NCBI GenBank assembly: GCA_048128005.1
Contig: JBEUKZ010000009.1
Location: 310,001 to 374,000, forward strand
DNA length: 64,000 bases
Source of the DNA: Veleropilina oligotropha
Taxonomy: Eukaryota
Reading direction: 5' to 3'
Shown: piece after piece, positions 49,504-62,201 of the stretch
How the letters are laid out: each line of letters opens with the position of its first letter
How positions within the stretch are numbered: the stretch's first letter is position 1
Made by a program: the position numbers and the translations under genes
The notes under the pieces: generated by a model
What the model saw: the letters and a program-made list of their open reading frames with translations, nothing else
What the model was told of the DNA's origin: nothing
The model's database searches: none

Positions 49504-51623
49504 CAGTGGATTCCACTTAATTGCATAACGCTTAATTGCATATTTCGGATATTTGCATAAAATCTGCAGGAACAGAATAGTTTACTATTATTATCATATG
49601 CAAATAATCGCTTAATTGCATGCATAATTACCGGATTTTCGCTTATTTGCATAAGAAATTTTCGACTGCACAATCAGCCCTCAAAGTTGTCATTTATTTT
49701 AACTGGCCGTTGGCTACCAACTTTCAAATTTTAGTGGCCAATTCAAAATTTCACTGGCCAGACAAAGAATATTTAATAGCCAATATTAAATATCAATTTA
49801 TATCAACTTATACATGCAACAAAGCAAAGGAATCGAAATAACCATTTTTAAAATTATCATGTAAATTTTACCTAGAAAATTTAAATAATGTAATACTGTA
49901 TACAAATTGTTTCAATTGGTGATTTTCAATATTACACATTTTTAACTGTATTTTACATGTTTGTTCATTTTGATATAAAGAACGGTTCACCCAAATGCTA
50001 ATGTTAAAGGTATTTTGTATTTATAGTTCTTTCACTGTCAGTTTTCAGTTTATTTTGACGTGTGGCTTTCAATAATTTCTAGAACCATTAGCTTCTTTAA
50101 TGTTTAGGGTCAAAGCATCTAGACCATTTAACCACAATAAATTTATTTATATCTCTCCCTGAAGCTTTATTACTTGACTTGCGTCTGTCAAGAGACAGAG
50201 ACAAGCTCAATAACAACCTGGCCGTGTCATTTAATAACACGCAAAATGATTGGCCTACAATTGTTCATTGACCAATGAAAATGCGCGATAGGTATTCAGG
50301 CTTGTAAGCCAAAATGGCGGTCATTGTTTGTAACACGAGCCGGATGGAACTTGGACAGTTTCAGGATAACAACTTTTAGTGGTTTTGTAATAAACAGAAC
50401 CAAGTAAACTCATGAAACATTGATTTAATAACTTAGTGGAAAGTCACAACACTGAAAAGCCATATAATGGCAGAATTTACGGTCGCCAACGTTATTTTAG
50501 ATAGGTCGCCAATTGGCGACCAGGAATTATTTCTTAGTCGCCAACGGTAAAAATTGGTCGCATATGCGACCAATTAGGTCGAAATATTGAGGGCTGACAA
50601 TACATAATTGATATTAACATCGTTAAATTGATCAAAATACTTGCGTATTTGCCGGTATGTCTTGCTACGCCATCGTAAAGATGTTTATTCAACAGTAACA
50701 TTCGAAGTTTAACCATTTTTTCAACCTCGTGGGTTTCAAAATAATTTTTACTTCCGGAAAAAGTCGGAACTGAAAGTTCGATAAACATCGTTTCAGTGTA
50801 GAAATGTTACGGAAATGAACGATGTCAATCGGGGATATTATGGGATGGCAGACATCGATCGATAATCGGATTAAAATCTATTGTCAAAGTCCAAATGACA
50901 GACTTTTGGGTTTATCTGAACGCAAAATCAAAGATTAGGCTTACGAATCAATGTAAAAGGTGCCGTTACATGTATTCATGTGAACATCACTTAGTTCACC
51001 GATAAATAACATAATTATAAGACAACAACAACACAACGTTTCTTTTGTAACAAAATTAAAAATTATCTCCCCTGATTTGGTTTCGTAGCATCGCCGTTGA
51101 GAACTTTGGTGATTTAATTATTATTTTAATTTATATATGAAGACAACGTCTTATAAGTTTTTTTATATCAGATCATAATATACTGGACTAATTAAATATC
51201 GTTAGAAATAATTATTCAAAATCGATTCGAGATTAAAACATAGGGATGAATTTTCAACATGGCGGCCGATAACGCGACACGTGTTCAGCAGAAGAGAAAC
51301 ATTCAGAATATGAATTTCCACACCCTTGTAAACTATATATCAATTCTACTGAAACAGGTCAGAATAACCACAAAATATTGTGCATACAATCCGTATTCAT
51401 GGAAACAAAATACATTACGCAAATTCTCCTTTGCAAATAAATTTATTACCAGGACATATATTTATAATAATAAAGAACCATTTAAATACAAGTAGGCTAA
51501 TTATCATGGGTGAGATTTCCTGCGAAAAACTTGCCGAAATTTACGTAACGGTTAAACGCATAATCCGCTTATTAGCATAAATAATCACGACAATCTCGCT
51601 ATGCAAATAAGCGGAATCCACTG
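49504..51623 (+). mobile_element. Tc1/mariner non-autonomous element, family A copy 3, inserted in the Penelope RT
   Basis: TA-flanked CAGTGGATTCC...GGAATCCACTG. Removing it rejoins DGAF-Y-QQTHG. Confidence 0.85.
49675..50596. mobile_element. hAT5-like MITE nested in family A copy 3
   Basis: TIRs CAGCCCTCAA and TTGAGGGCTG. 5-bp TSD ACAAT, single in the uninterrupted copy near 4838. GGTCGCC subterminal repeats. Confidence 0.82.
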
Positions 51624-52957
51624 TAGAAGGCACCATCATATATAAAGTATGTGGTGTTGAGACAGAGCTCCAATAAGGACACGATCTGTGTGACAGTGAG
51701 CTGACATCTGGCATGTCTGGATGGAAGTGTGCGATGTCCACAGATACACTCGTAAACAGGGCTGACACATTGTATGAGACTAGCTTCTGTTCAGGTGGGA
51801 CCACAAGGTGTTTAAGGCGGTCGAAAAGCGTTTTTCTGTTTTTTACGCTGTATTCGGTCCTTCCTTCTGGCAGCGTTGTATGTAATACTGCCGCAGCTGG
51901 ACACTATGGGCCTCAGCGGGGCATTGGATTTGTGAATCTTAAGCGTGTCGCATAACTTCGGTGGTTCGTCTGTGGATGGGTACAGCTTCCAGAATAGATG
52001 TTGGCTGATGGTGTTCGCCTTTTTCCGTGACTGTAATAAGTTAACAAGTTTTAATTTGTATTTTGCTGTAGGGTCACTTTTAAGAGGTAGGTACGTGTTT
52101 CTGTCATCTCTGGAGAGAAGGCAAGACATTTTGGCCTTGGTGGTGGTAGGAACAATGACAGCGGCTTTACCTTTATCTGCGGGGAGGATCATGATGGAAT
52201 TGTCCTTCTTTAAGTCTTGTAGTGCGGAATGCTCAGCCTTGGTGATGTTGGGCTTCGGCAGGGTCGCTGTTTTGACCGCCTTGACGACATCGCATCGTAG
52301 GGCTTCTGCGTTCGTTGCCAGTAGATGTTTACTGGCGACCTCGGTTTGCTCAACAATTTCCGCGATAGGAAGTTTAGTCGGGGTGGTGGCGAAGGTTAGG
52401 CCTTTCTTCAAAACAGATTCCTCGGCGTTGGTGAGGGGGCGTTCGCTGGTGTTTATCACCCACCTGTCACAGTCGACGAAATTCGTATCATCACCCGAGG
52501 CTCGCTTGGGTGTTTTCGAATTTGCGTTGTTTTGCTTTTTGTGGAAGTGCGCAACTGCGAGAAGAGCATCAACTTCCGACTGCTCGGCAACCGACAAAAT
52601 GGCGTAAAGTTGTTGTTTGCGGCCAACAAGATCATTACGAGATCAAGATTACGAGCTGAGTAGTCGAAACGTCAAACAACTCTTCACTATCCTGTTCCAA
52701 AGTAAGTTCAAAATCTTTTCAACATGTCATCACTTGGAACCAATAACAATATCTTCTCTACAATGGCTGTGTTGTGGTGTTATTCAAAAATTTGGATCTG
52801 CAATTTTTGGCCCGCCTGTTAGGCAAGGCTATATATATAGTCGTGGACTGGTGTCCGTCGGCGTCCGCTGATTGCTTTCTGTCACATAGAAGACGAACCG
52901 CTGGACCTATGCTTTTCATATTTGGTATACACCTTGTGTACCATCAAGTAGAGTTCT

Positions 52958-54223
52958 TCAATATATCGTATGGGCACCCCTGGCATCAATGTACGCAGTA
53001 ATGCGCCTTCTCATGGACCATGTGAGCCATCGTATGACGTCATTTGGAATCCTGTTCCACTCATCAAACAAAGCCTGTTTCAGTTGTGCTCTGTTGTCTG
53101 GCACATTATTTCTGCATCTTATGGCACGGTCAAGGTGATCCCAGAGGTGCTCGATAGGGTTCATGTCTGGGGAACAAGCAGGCCATGGTAGAACTTTAAC
53201 GTTTTCATGTTGAAGGTAGTCATCGACAAGATGAGCGATATGTGGCCTTGCGTTGTCGTGTTGCAGGATGGTTCCTTGGGGACGTTGACGCAAGAATGGT
53301 ATGGCTACTGGCCTCCAGATGTTATCCCTGTAGTATACAGCATTGATGTTTCCATGAACGATATGTATCAATTGGCGTCTTCTCCTGGCCACAAATGCCG
53401 CCCCAGACAGTGACTCCACCTCCACCAAAGGCGTGGACCTCCTGGACGCAGTCAGGTGCGTACTGTTCCCCGCTCCGCCTGTACACTCGTGCTCTGCCAT
53501 TTGATTTGAATAGTGAAATTCGACTTTCATCGGTGAACAAGACTCTCTGACTTGCCAAAGCCTAACGTTTCTTGCCCATCACAACCTGTTGAGATGATGT
53601 TGATGAGTCAACTGGATGCCACGTAGAGGTCGCCGACATCTGATCCCTCGATCACGTAGTCGTCTGGAGACAGTCCATCTGCTGACACGATGATTCAACC
53701 CTGTCATTGCCGATGACGTCACAGTTAGGGAACGATTACGTAGGTGGAGCGTGCGCAGATGTCGGTCGTCGCGGGGGATCGTGACACTTGGCCTGTCCTT
53801 AGTACGGCTAGTCTGCCTTAATCGGTGAAACAACTTATTGATGGTTGTAGACGTGCAATTAAACGTTCTTGCAATATGGCGTTGTGATGCCCCCATTTGA
53901 CGCATTCCTATAGCCCTCTCGCGTTGTTGCATTGTTAACCTGGACATTTTAAACGTGTGTTTTCCTTAGCTGTATGTTATCTGTACACATTAACTGTAAG
54001 CGAGGGCAGGAAAAACCCAAAGTTTTGGAGCTGCACGTGCAAAACGTGTTTTCGATGTTGTTGGGCATTCTCGTCCGTTTCAACTTTCAAAGTGTGATAC
54101 ATTTCATCAATTATCACTACAGTAGATAGGCAAATATTATTGTATATACATTCTATTAAAACGCTCGTTGGTATTTTTTTGTTTGACATTATTAAGTGTT
54201 ATACTTTCTTTTGCTCGCTATTG
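52958..54223 (-). mobile_element. Tc1-family transposon (DD34E-type transposase, frameshifted), 3' TIR missing
   Basis: N-terminal HTH MSRLTMQQRERAIGM, VLFTDESR, QHDNARPH and WPACSPDMNPIEHLW across ORFs 53579-53947, 53322-53558 and 52958-53530. Confidence 0.9.
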
Positions 54224-57200
54224 TATGTATATATAGCTAGTTTATTCAGAAATTTGAATTGTCAAATATTTATAAAATATATTATTGACAGGGCACAACC
54301 AGATTTTAACACAATTCATTGTCTGACTTTTCTCATGAACTATATATAATAAGACTGCATCACTGGATAAGTACAAAATACATTATACTGTACACAATAA
54401 TGTATAAATTTAGTTATGTATATATGTATACTTTATAGATCTGTTCCTATACATTGATCAGATTGCTGGTAGACTTGTGAGCTGCCATCATGTTTATTTC
54501 CCGGCTCTGCTGATTGCCTAAGCATCAAACGTCATCCCTATAATATCGATCAATCGTCCAAATACGAGGCTGTTCACTGCTTGGTGTTGTTTAATGAGCC
54601 GTCCTTAGAGGGCAATCGGATTAGTTCAATCGCCTTCCGTGCTTCGATAAAATTCCCAATGTAGATTTCTCATAGCACCAATCTCGTTAGGTCTCTATGG
54701 AAACAAATTCAGAATTTGTTAACAGATCACGCTCAACACATGTTTCATTTATAAAAGATCGAGAGCTCATTTGCGATGCTCGGTTCATCTATTTGCTCTC
54801 CCTGGATTGTTTTGCTACGAGTGTTGGATTCATTGGAGATACTGTTCATATTAAAGCAATGATACCAATGAGATGCAGTTATCACTTAAAGGCCGGAATC
54901 TGCAACCACCCAGTAGGTAGGCGAGGCCTGCGATTTTGAGGCGTGACCTTCTGTCGTTGGTGCTTCAGGCTAGCATGTGAAGTTAATTGCCTACACTAAA
55001 ATAACACATCATCACATCACAGTAATTAGTTACGTCTTTTGTTATGTGACTGTCAATCAAAGTCGCAGTCTTGTTTCCAGAATTTGTCAACCAATCATAT
55101 TGTTGATAATGTCGATTCCTCGATGTTCCATGTCCGCTCCCAAAGTCAGAAATGACTCGTCCACACCTGTCACCTTTTATAGCACTTGGCACCCCAGCCT
55201 TTAAATGAATCAGGGTTGTATATTGTCAAACTTTGTTTGCAGTATTGTGATCAATCGGAAGAGTCACAATTGGTTATTTTTAACGGAGGATCATATTTTC
55301 ATATCTATTATGTGCTTAGTCTGTGTGTGGTAGTCTGTTATCCTAACAACAATGCAATGGTCTGGTCTCGGCTAGTGCACTATATACTCATGCCATGCAG
55401 ACAGTTTAAAAACATGACCATCAACAGATGCAATGACTTGCATATAATATGAGCTGTCAAAAGGAAAGAAACACTTGACAATTATGTTGAAAGGTGTTGG
55501 GTCACAATCTAGGTGGACAATCTGAAAGTTATGAATTTCATTGAATTCATGTAACTATGCAAATACGGAACACGTTATTTTGACAAACACTTCCTTCTAA
55601 ACTTAAACAAGGAGCATCTTTGGTAATTGTTGATGCAGACTTTGATGCCCCAAGTGGGCCTTTATTTCAATTGTTAAAATGGATACATATTATAAGGCCC
55701 CCAGTTTCACAAATACTGTACACAATATGAACGAAATAACACCTAAAGATATGTGTTTACAAAAGCTACACAGGTGGTCAACTATGGAACAAATTGCCCC
55801 ATAATATTAAACTTGCAGAAAATGTTACGAATGTTTGAAAAAAGGTGAACCAATATGTTTTGAAGTCCATATCAAATGATTATTGCAAGTTTCTAGGTCA
55901 TATGCAGGGCGTAGCTGTGAGAGATATCTACTCATTTGTGTCCTAAAGTTACCTCCTCTTCACAATCAAGCCTTGGGCTTTGTCAACAATCAATGCATAC
56001 CTTCTCCTCATGTTTCCATATCGTTTTGTATATGGGTTGAAATTTGCTCTAGGTACCCCTGTGTGGGGACATTCATGATTAAAAAAAAAACCTGGCTAAT
56101 ACATATCAATTGTACTTTTCTGAAGCATACACACACTAATTGTTTGAGAAAAAACAACGAAAACATAAGACAACTATTTTTTTCATTTGTATACACTATT
56201 TTGTGTTGGATTGAAACCGAATCACGTAACATGGACAGAAATGATGTAACCATTATTTGTGATCTTTTTGTTGACATGTGGTGCTTAAAAATGTAAAAGA
56301 ATGTAACTTCCACTTGAACCAATCAATGTTATAATCTGAAAATTAATGATATAATTAAAATTACGTATATGTTTGTGAAAGCTTTAATTTTATCGCACTG
56401 TGTAAATTCTTCACACCATTTATTGATACAAAATTGATTTTTCATAATCTGACTATGATAATTTTCTTTGCTAATTGAAGTTGATGTGTTTTTCAATACT
56501 ATTTACTATATGGCATGCAAAATTTGTGTTTCAAATAACCTGTCTGACCCCGGAAAAGACCTTCTTCGTATTACATAATCATGTAACAGGACAGACAATC
56601 ACGTAACAGGACAGACATTATATTATATTACTAGAAATAAAAAATATAAAAATGAAACCATAAACCCTTATTGTTGTTTATATTTCAAAATCTGATGATT
56701 TGAACTGTATCTGAAAATGTAAAATATATTGGAAGGTTCATATTTCACGTTTAAAAAAATACATGTAACAGGACAGAAAATCACGTAACGAGACAGAAAT
56801 AACAATTTGTTTCTGTCCACATTACATGACATCTAAATTCTATGTATATATTATTTATTTACATTGACATATATAGTTACAAACATACTTACGTCCTTAC
56901 TCTTGCCATAATAGTAATATTATTGCCAAACCGGAAACAGTGAATAAGTCACATTATGCACTATTAATAAGTCAAAGACGCAAAAACGTACCACGGTTAC
57001 CTCCCCTGCTCCTCCTCCCCCACGTTCCCCCGCGAGACCTCGCCAAGTCTCGCGAGACTTCTGAACCATAGAAGTCACATGACATCAATTCAAAGTTTTC
57101 CGCTGCCGCGGAAAGACGTTGTTTTGCTCCGCAAATATTTCGAAATAGGCGCCCGATTTCATGTTAAATCTGGGCGCAGTATTATACTTATATCGATTAT

Positions 57201-57877
57201 AAGTAGTGGAATATAACCCTGTGTTGTGGATATAAAACACAAGTGAATATAAGAAGAGTGATTCTCAAAACTTCGAGGAAGTTCTGGACATCAAGTGAAA
57301 CCGACATCGTCGTCAAGGACGCCGTGGCTGTTAAAAATGGCCGCTTAGAGGGAAAGTTTCGAGTTTAGCTGAAATTTCTGGTCGGTATATTTATCTGATA
57401 TTGTTTGAGACTGCAAACAGGTAACTCATTATATTGGATAATTCCTTAACAACGCTATTTGCTGGTTATTTATTATTATATAAAAAATTTCTAGCGTTGT
57501 TAAAAGGCAGGATCTTTTGATATCACGCTTGCGTTTTTTCTGATATCCTGCCGTTGCTGGGATAATACGCCATTGTACTAACATAAAAACATCCACGAGG
57601 TTTTCAGGTGTTTTCTGGGCGGTTTTTTCGAGGAAAGAACCACCGTTTGTTTTAGTCAATTTGCCGGGTTACCGGGTCGGTCGGGTAAAATACCCGACCT
57701 CGGTGTTCCCAGTTCGGGGTCTTATTAACGGTATATCGCTTGATCTTTGATCTTCAGATCAGGACAATTCTGTGAGTTGTCGTAGTACTCCATCCAAAGG
57801 AAAGAAGTCACAACTACCATATATATACCTATTTACCAACCCCGTCTACCCATGTCCACCCGCCCGTGTATTTAGCT

Positions 57878-60127
57878 ATGGTCCGGTGCAGTAGCTCCGG
57901 GTGTAACCAGAAAATTCACGGATTTGATAGGCACAAGGAATGTCGTATTCACCGTAGCTGTAATATACAACATCAATGTGATCTGTGCTTTCTTCTATCA
58001 GATAAGCAGTGGGCAGTCCTGTCTCACCAGGGTAAGTCGACCAGGGCGGCTGCCACGGTGGGTCCTCCCCCGGAGAAGGGTCAGGAAGAGACCGGTAAGT
58101 TACATAATGTTTCTTCCTTGTCTGCTTCAGGGACGCTGGACGACAGCCGACACAAGGGGACGTCTGTCGCCGGATCCACCGGCGAAACCTCAGCGACTCT
58201 TCGGGGAGTCACCGAAACCTTGCCGGTACCCCAGATTCAGGTAAAGACCCGAGTGTCGACCGTTCCTCCTCAACTGGGCCTAGTAACTGCAGTCAGCCAT
58301 ACCTTGCCGGCTAGCAAGGTATACATGACAGCGCAGCGAACAGCTGAACAGGGCAGACCATCCCCATCCTTTTCTTCGGCCTCGAAGAATAAGGGGACAG
58401 TTAGTCCTTCTGCGGGAAACTCACCGTCTTCCTACGGTGACAGACCCAATGCAGAGAAAGCCTTTAAAGAGGCCGGGCACCTACTTGTAGGTCTAAGACT
58501 CGGACAATCGGCGAAACCTGAATCCTCGGTCGAGAACGATGCGACTACCCCTAGGGGTTTTCCGCTCAACCTCGAAGCTCACGAGACATTCAGAGGGCCC
58601 GGTCTCTCCCGTGCACCCACCGTGGTCACGCTAGAGAACGTGGACAGACCGGCTGCGTTCGGGACGGGGTTCTACGGCGGTTTTCCGTCCGTGCCTCGCT
58701 CGAGCAGAGTGGTAGACCGATCAGAACTGTTGCCGCAGTCCTATCGGTCGTCCGGCCCACTGACTGTGCCTTCGGGCCAGTCCTTCGGGTTCGACCCCTC
58801 GACAAGTGCCCGTGGACCCTGGTCCTCGGTTCGACCTGTCAATGCAGCCCGTCTACCTAGCGCCACGGTTACCTCGACAGAACTACCGGCTGTTAGTTCG
58901 TCGCCCGTCCTGCCTTCGGGTTTCTCTTTTGAGAACGTCCAGGCATGGATCGCGGCGGGGATCGAGGAACGGTGTAAGGCCTGGCCGACGGCTCCCGAGC
59001 CGCACCAGGTACCTACACATCTGCCCATGGCGCAGAGCACGGCTCCTGCCTCAGTGTTGGACATCGACCCTCGTTCCGACGAGGACCTCGGTTCCAATCA
59101 CACCGACCTCCCTGAATCGGTCGGGCCCGAAGACATTAGTCTTACAGGCACGCAGGAGCCGACCTCCTCCACCCGCCGAAGGCTCGACGCCGTTGCGTCA
59201 CTTCGCGGGGTGCTTGGCTTGTCGGAACCGACTCGGTCGGCTGTAGACGTAGCCAAGCATAGGACGGCAGCACATCGGTTTGTCAGTAGGGAAGCCCCCG
59301 AGCTCCCCTCCTTACCTCAGTCCGGGCTGGTAGATCTGGTTGTAGACTCGATCACCAAGCTCGTTCAGGGGCGCAATCCGGTGGAGTCCTCCCCGCTGAA
59401 CGAGTTCCCTTCGGGGTTCCGTAGTGGGAGGTACCTCCGGGCCAGTACTCGAGCGATCCCGTTCGAATGCACTGGTCCGTGCCTGGCGACTGAGCCGGCT
59501 CGTGTTGACGCTTCGTTGCGTCGACTGACCGCCAGTCACACTCCCTCCGTAGCGAAAGTTCCTTGGTCCGCCTTGGAAGCTTTCGAGAGCGCCGCCCGAC
59601 GGGCTCTACGGCTATCGTCTGTTCAGGACTTTTTCTTGGACGGCGCGATAGCCGTACTACAGGAGAATGGACCCGGCGCCACCGAGGCTGCCCTGTCCTT
59701 CCTCCAGGAGGTTGCTGCCGCGCAGGAGACCAGCGCGTTGGAGACGGGACGTGTCCTGGGCAATGCCCTCCTACTTCGTAGGGATGCTTGCCTGGAAGGT
59801 ACCCCGCTGGACGAGCCCACCCGGCGCTCGTTGCGATGCGTACCTTGCTCGGCCACCACTCTCTTTGGTGACAACTTTTCGGAGTTTGTTGACAAGAGAG
59901 CGGCGGAAATGAAGGACCGTGCCATCGAGAAGGCAGTACTGCTCCCCACCCGGGGTCCACCTGCCAACTCGAAGAAGCGCTCCGGGCCCACCCCGGCCCC
60001 GAAGCCTTCTAAGCGTGCGAAGCCCTCTTCGGGTGGTAGGCCTCCGGCCAATAAACCCACTCCAAAGAGGCAAGCACCTCCAGCGAAATCCCGCAAGCAG
60101 AGCGGGAGAGGGAAGCCTCGGCCCTAG
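57878..60127 (+). CDS. gag: DIRS copy 3 ORF1, gag-like
   Basis: Colinear homologue of 15417-17699. Confidence 0.88.
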   Translation: MVRCSSSGCNQKIHGFDRHKECRIHRSCNIQHQCDLCFLLSDKQWAVLSHQGKSTRAAATVGPPPEKGQEETGKLHNVSSLSASGTLDDSRHKGTSVAGSTGETSATLRGVTETLPVPQIQVKTRVSTVPPQLGLVTAVSHTLPASKVYMTAQRTAEQGRPSPSFSSASKNKGTVSPSAGNSPSSYGDRPNAEKAFKEAGHLLVGLRLGQSAKPESSVENDATTPRGFPLNLEAHETFRGPGLSRAPTVVTLENVDRPAAFGTGFYGGFPSVPRSSRVVDRSELLPQSYRSSGPLTVPSGQSFGFDPSTSARGPWSSVRPVNAARLPSATVTSTELPAVSSSPVLPSGFSFENVQAWIAAGIEERCKAWPTAPEPHQVPTHLPMAQSTAPASVLDIDPRSDEDLGSNHTDLPESVGPEDISLTGTQEPTSSTRRRLDAVASLRGVLGLSEPTRSAVDVAKHRTAAHRFVSREAPELPSLPQSGLVDLVVDSITKLVQGRNPVESSPLNEFPSGFRSGRYLRASTRAIPFECTGPCLATEPARVDASLRRLTASHTPSVAKVPWSALEAFESAARRALRLSSVQDFFLDGAIAVLQENGPGATEAALSFLQEVAAAQETSALETGRVLGNALLLRRDACLEGTPLDEPTRRSLRCVPCSATTLFGDNFSEFVDKRAAEMKDRAIEKAVLLPTRGPPANSKKRSGPTPAPKPSKRAKPSSGGRPPANKPTPKRQAPPAKSRKQSGRGKPRP

Positions 60128-62201
60128 GGCTGCCGGCATTCGCGACGGCCCCAGTTGCCCGCTCCCGCCGGTGGGAGCGTGCCTGTTAGCACACAGCCAG
60201 CCCTGGCTAGAGCTGACAGACAGCAACTGGGTCCACTTAGTCGTGAGTGCCGGATACAAGTTGGCATTCAACCGGCATCCGACCTTAACCGAGGCACCAC
60301 CAACAAGACACGCTCGACTCCTAAACGGAGAGAAACAAGCGGTCTTAGACCAGGCAGTGCGGGATTTGCTCCTAAAAAGAGCGATATATCCCGCGCCGCC
60401 CAGCACACCAGGATTTTACAGCCATTTCTTCCTGGTCCCGAAACCCGATGGCCGCTGGAGACCGATCCTCGATCTCTCGTACCTAAACCGATATCTTCGT
60501 ACCGAGAAATTCCAGCAAGAAACCCTCTCGAAGATTCGAGCGGCCATCCGTCCGGGCGACTGGGCAGCGTCTATCGATCTCGCCGACGCGTATCTGCATG
60601 TCCCGATGCATGTCACGGCTCATCAGTACCTTCGGTTTATACACGGGGAGACGATCTACCAATTCAGGTGCCTACCGTTCGGTCTATCGTCAGCCCCGTA
60701 CGTCTTCACGAGAACAGTACAGGCCCTAGGGGCCTTCCTACACTCTCTAGGGCACAGGGTACATATGTACCTCGACGACTGGCTGATCCTCGGGGCGTCC
60801 CGGGATCTGTGCCTCCGGTCTACGAGCTTTACCCTGTCATCGACGAAGCGCCTGGGATTTCAGATCAACGAGACAAAATCCTGCTTCGTGCCCTCGACGA
60901 CGTTTACGTTCCTCGGAGTCGACTTCGATACGGTCCGGTACACCGCGAAGCCGACCCAGAAGCGTATGCGGAACCTACGCGCGGTTATCCAAGACACCCT
61001 GTCATCGGACATAACTACGGCGCGACAACTGGCCACTGTCCTGGGGCACATCGAGTCGGTAGCGCCCCTGCTACCGACGGGTCGCATGGACAAAAGACCG
61101 TTACAACAGGCGTTCAGGGATCGCTGGATACAACGGACGGGGCAGTGGACGGATCGCATCGATCTACGGCATTGGTTTACCGACACGACAGCAGTGTGGT
61201 TGAACCCCGCTTTGCCGGACCAGTCGGTTCCTATATCCCCACCAGAGCCGAACGCTTACCTGTTCACAGACGCTTCGAACGACGGCTGGGGTGGTCACCT
61301 CGACAGTTACGAGACATCAGGCCTATGGCCGACAGACCTTCAGGGACGACATATCAACTTCCTAGAGTTAGAAGCCGTCTTCCTGTCAGTACGGTCCCTC
61401 TCGTTACATCTCCGCAACAAGCATATAATGCTCGCCACGGACAACACGACTGTCGTCGCTTACATACAGCACCAGGGCGGTACTCGCTCGCGTCCCCTAT
61501 GCGACCGAGCAATAGACCTACACCGCTTAGTGATGTCCCTCAACTCGACGATTCGAGCCCGACACATCCCGGGAAAGCTGAATGTCAGAGCGGATTCGCT
61601 CTCTCGGAGATCACAGATAATACACACAGAGTGGACGCTACACAGCCGAGTAGCTCGGGATGTTTGCCGCCGGTGGTCGCAACCCCAAGTCGATTTGTTT
61701 GCAACAGAATTCAATTACCGACTACCTCTGTATGTCTCCCCGTACCCAGACCCGGCCGCCCTAGCGGTCGACGCAATGTCAATGACATGGGAGAATCTGT
61801 CCGCGTATGCCTTCCCCCCGACGTGCATTCTATCACTGGTATTACAGAAGGCAGCGACCGAACGTTGCGAGATAACGCTAATAGCGCCCCTGTATCGCAC
61901 GCAACCTTGGTTTCCGACCCTCCTCGATCTGATCGTCGATCGACCGTTAGCGTTACCGCAGAAACTAGACCTGTTAATGCAACCACGCTCCCGTGTACTC
62001 CACGTGTCGCCGAACCACTTACGTTTACACGCCTGGCGGTTATCGAACGATCCCTTGCTAAGAAAGGATTTTCTAAAGCTACAGCCTTACGTATCTATCG
62101 ATCGAGAAGGATTTCCACGACAAAAGTCTATGACTACCGATGGGTTAAGTACGTGGATTGGTGTCACAGCAGGCAGGTCAATATACTCCGTCCCCCTGTG
62201 A
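59919..62201 (+). CDS. pol: DIRS copy 3 ORF2, RT/RNase H/MTase-like
   Basis: YLDD, FTDAS, VDLFA, AYAFPP; 760-codon frame as in copy 2. Confidence 0.95.
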   Translation: MPSRRQYCSPPGVHLPTRRSAPGPPRPRSLLSVRSPLRVVGLRPINPLQRGKHLQRNPASRAGEGSLGPRAAGIRDGPSCPLPPVGACLLAHSQPWLELTDSNWVHLVVSAGYKLAFNRHPTLTEAPPTRHARLLNGEKQAVLDQAVRDLLLKRAIYPAPPSTPGFYSHFFLVPKPDGRWRPILDLSYLNRYLRTEKFQQETLSKIRAAIRPGDWAASIDLADAYLHVPMHVTAHQYLRFIHGETIYQFRCLPFGLSSAPYVFTRTVQALGAFLHSLGHRVHMYLDDWLILGASRDLCLRSTSFTLSSTKRLGFQINETKSCFVPSTTFTFLGVDFDTVRYTAKPTQKRMRNLRAVIQDTLSSDITTARQLATVLGHIESVAPLLPTGRMDKRPLQQAFRDRWIQRTGQWTDRIDLRHWFTDTTAVWLNPALPDQSVPISPPEPNAYLFTDASNDGWGGHLDSYETSGLWPTDLQGRHINFLELEAVFLSVRSLSLHLRNKHIMLATDNTTVVAYIQHQGGTRSRPLCDRAIDLHRLVMSLNSTIRARHIPGKLNVRADSLSRRSQIIHTEWTLHSRVARDVCRRWSQPQVDLFATEFNYRLPLYVSPYPDPAALAVDAMSMTWENLSAYAFPPTCILSLVLQKAATERCEITLIAPLYRTQPWFPTLLDLIVDRPLALPQKLDLLMQPRSRVLHVSPNHLRLHAWRLSNDPLLRKDFLKLQPYVSIDREGFPRQKSMTTDGLSTWIGVTAGRSIYSVPL

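Larger units (their letters stand above)
46541..52724 (-). mobile_element. Penelope-like retroelement (RT and GIY-YIG), decayed and split by nested insertions
   Basis: Minus-strand VLKKGLTF, ILPADKG, PLRPIVS, FYQQTHGAAMGSPVSP, WLRYVDDTF, LPFLD, VYRKPT, GVIYQIHC, GETKRTL..RFKEH. Inverted 106-bp pLTR copies at 46541-46646 and 52619-52724. Confidence 0.9.

Noticed and set aside
54480..55900. Very old LINE fragments (for example DADFDAPSGPLFQLLKW near 55630)
   Set aside because: Too decayed to delimit or classify by eye.
56215..56830. GTAACAGGACAGA repeats upstream of DIRS copy 3
   Set aside because: Probably subterminal repeats of a DNA transposon, but no TIR pair or TSD is identifiable in the window.
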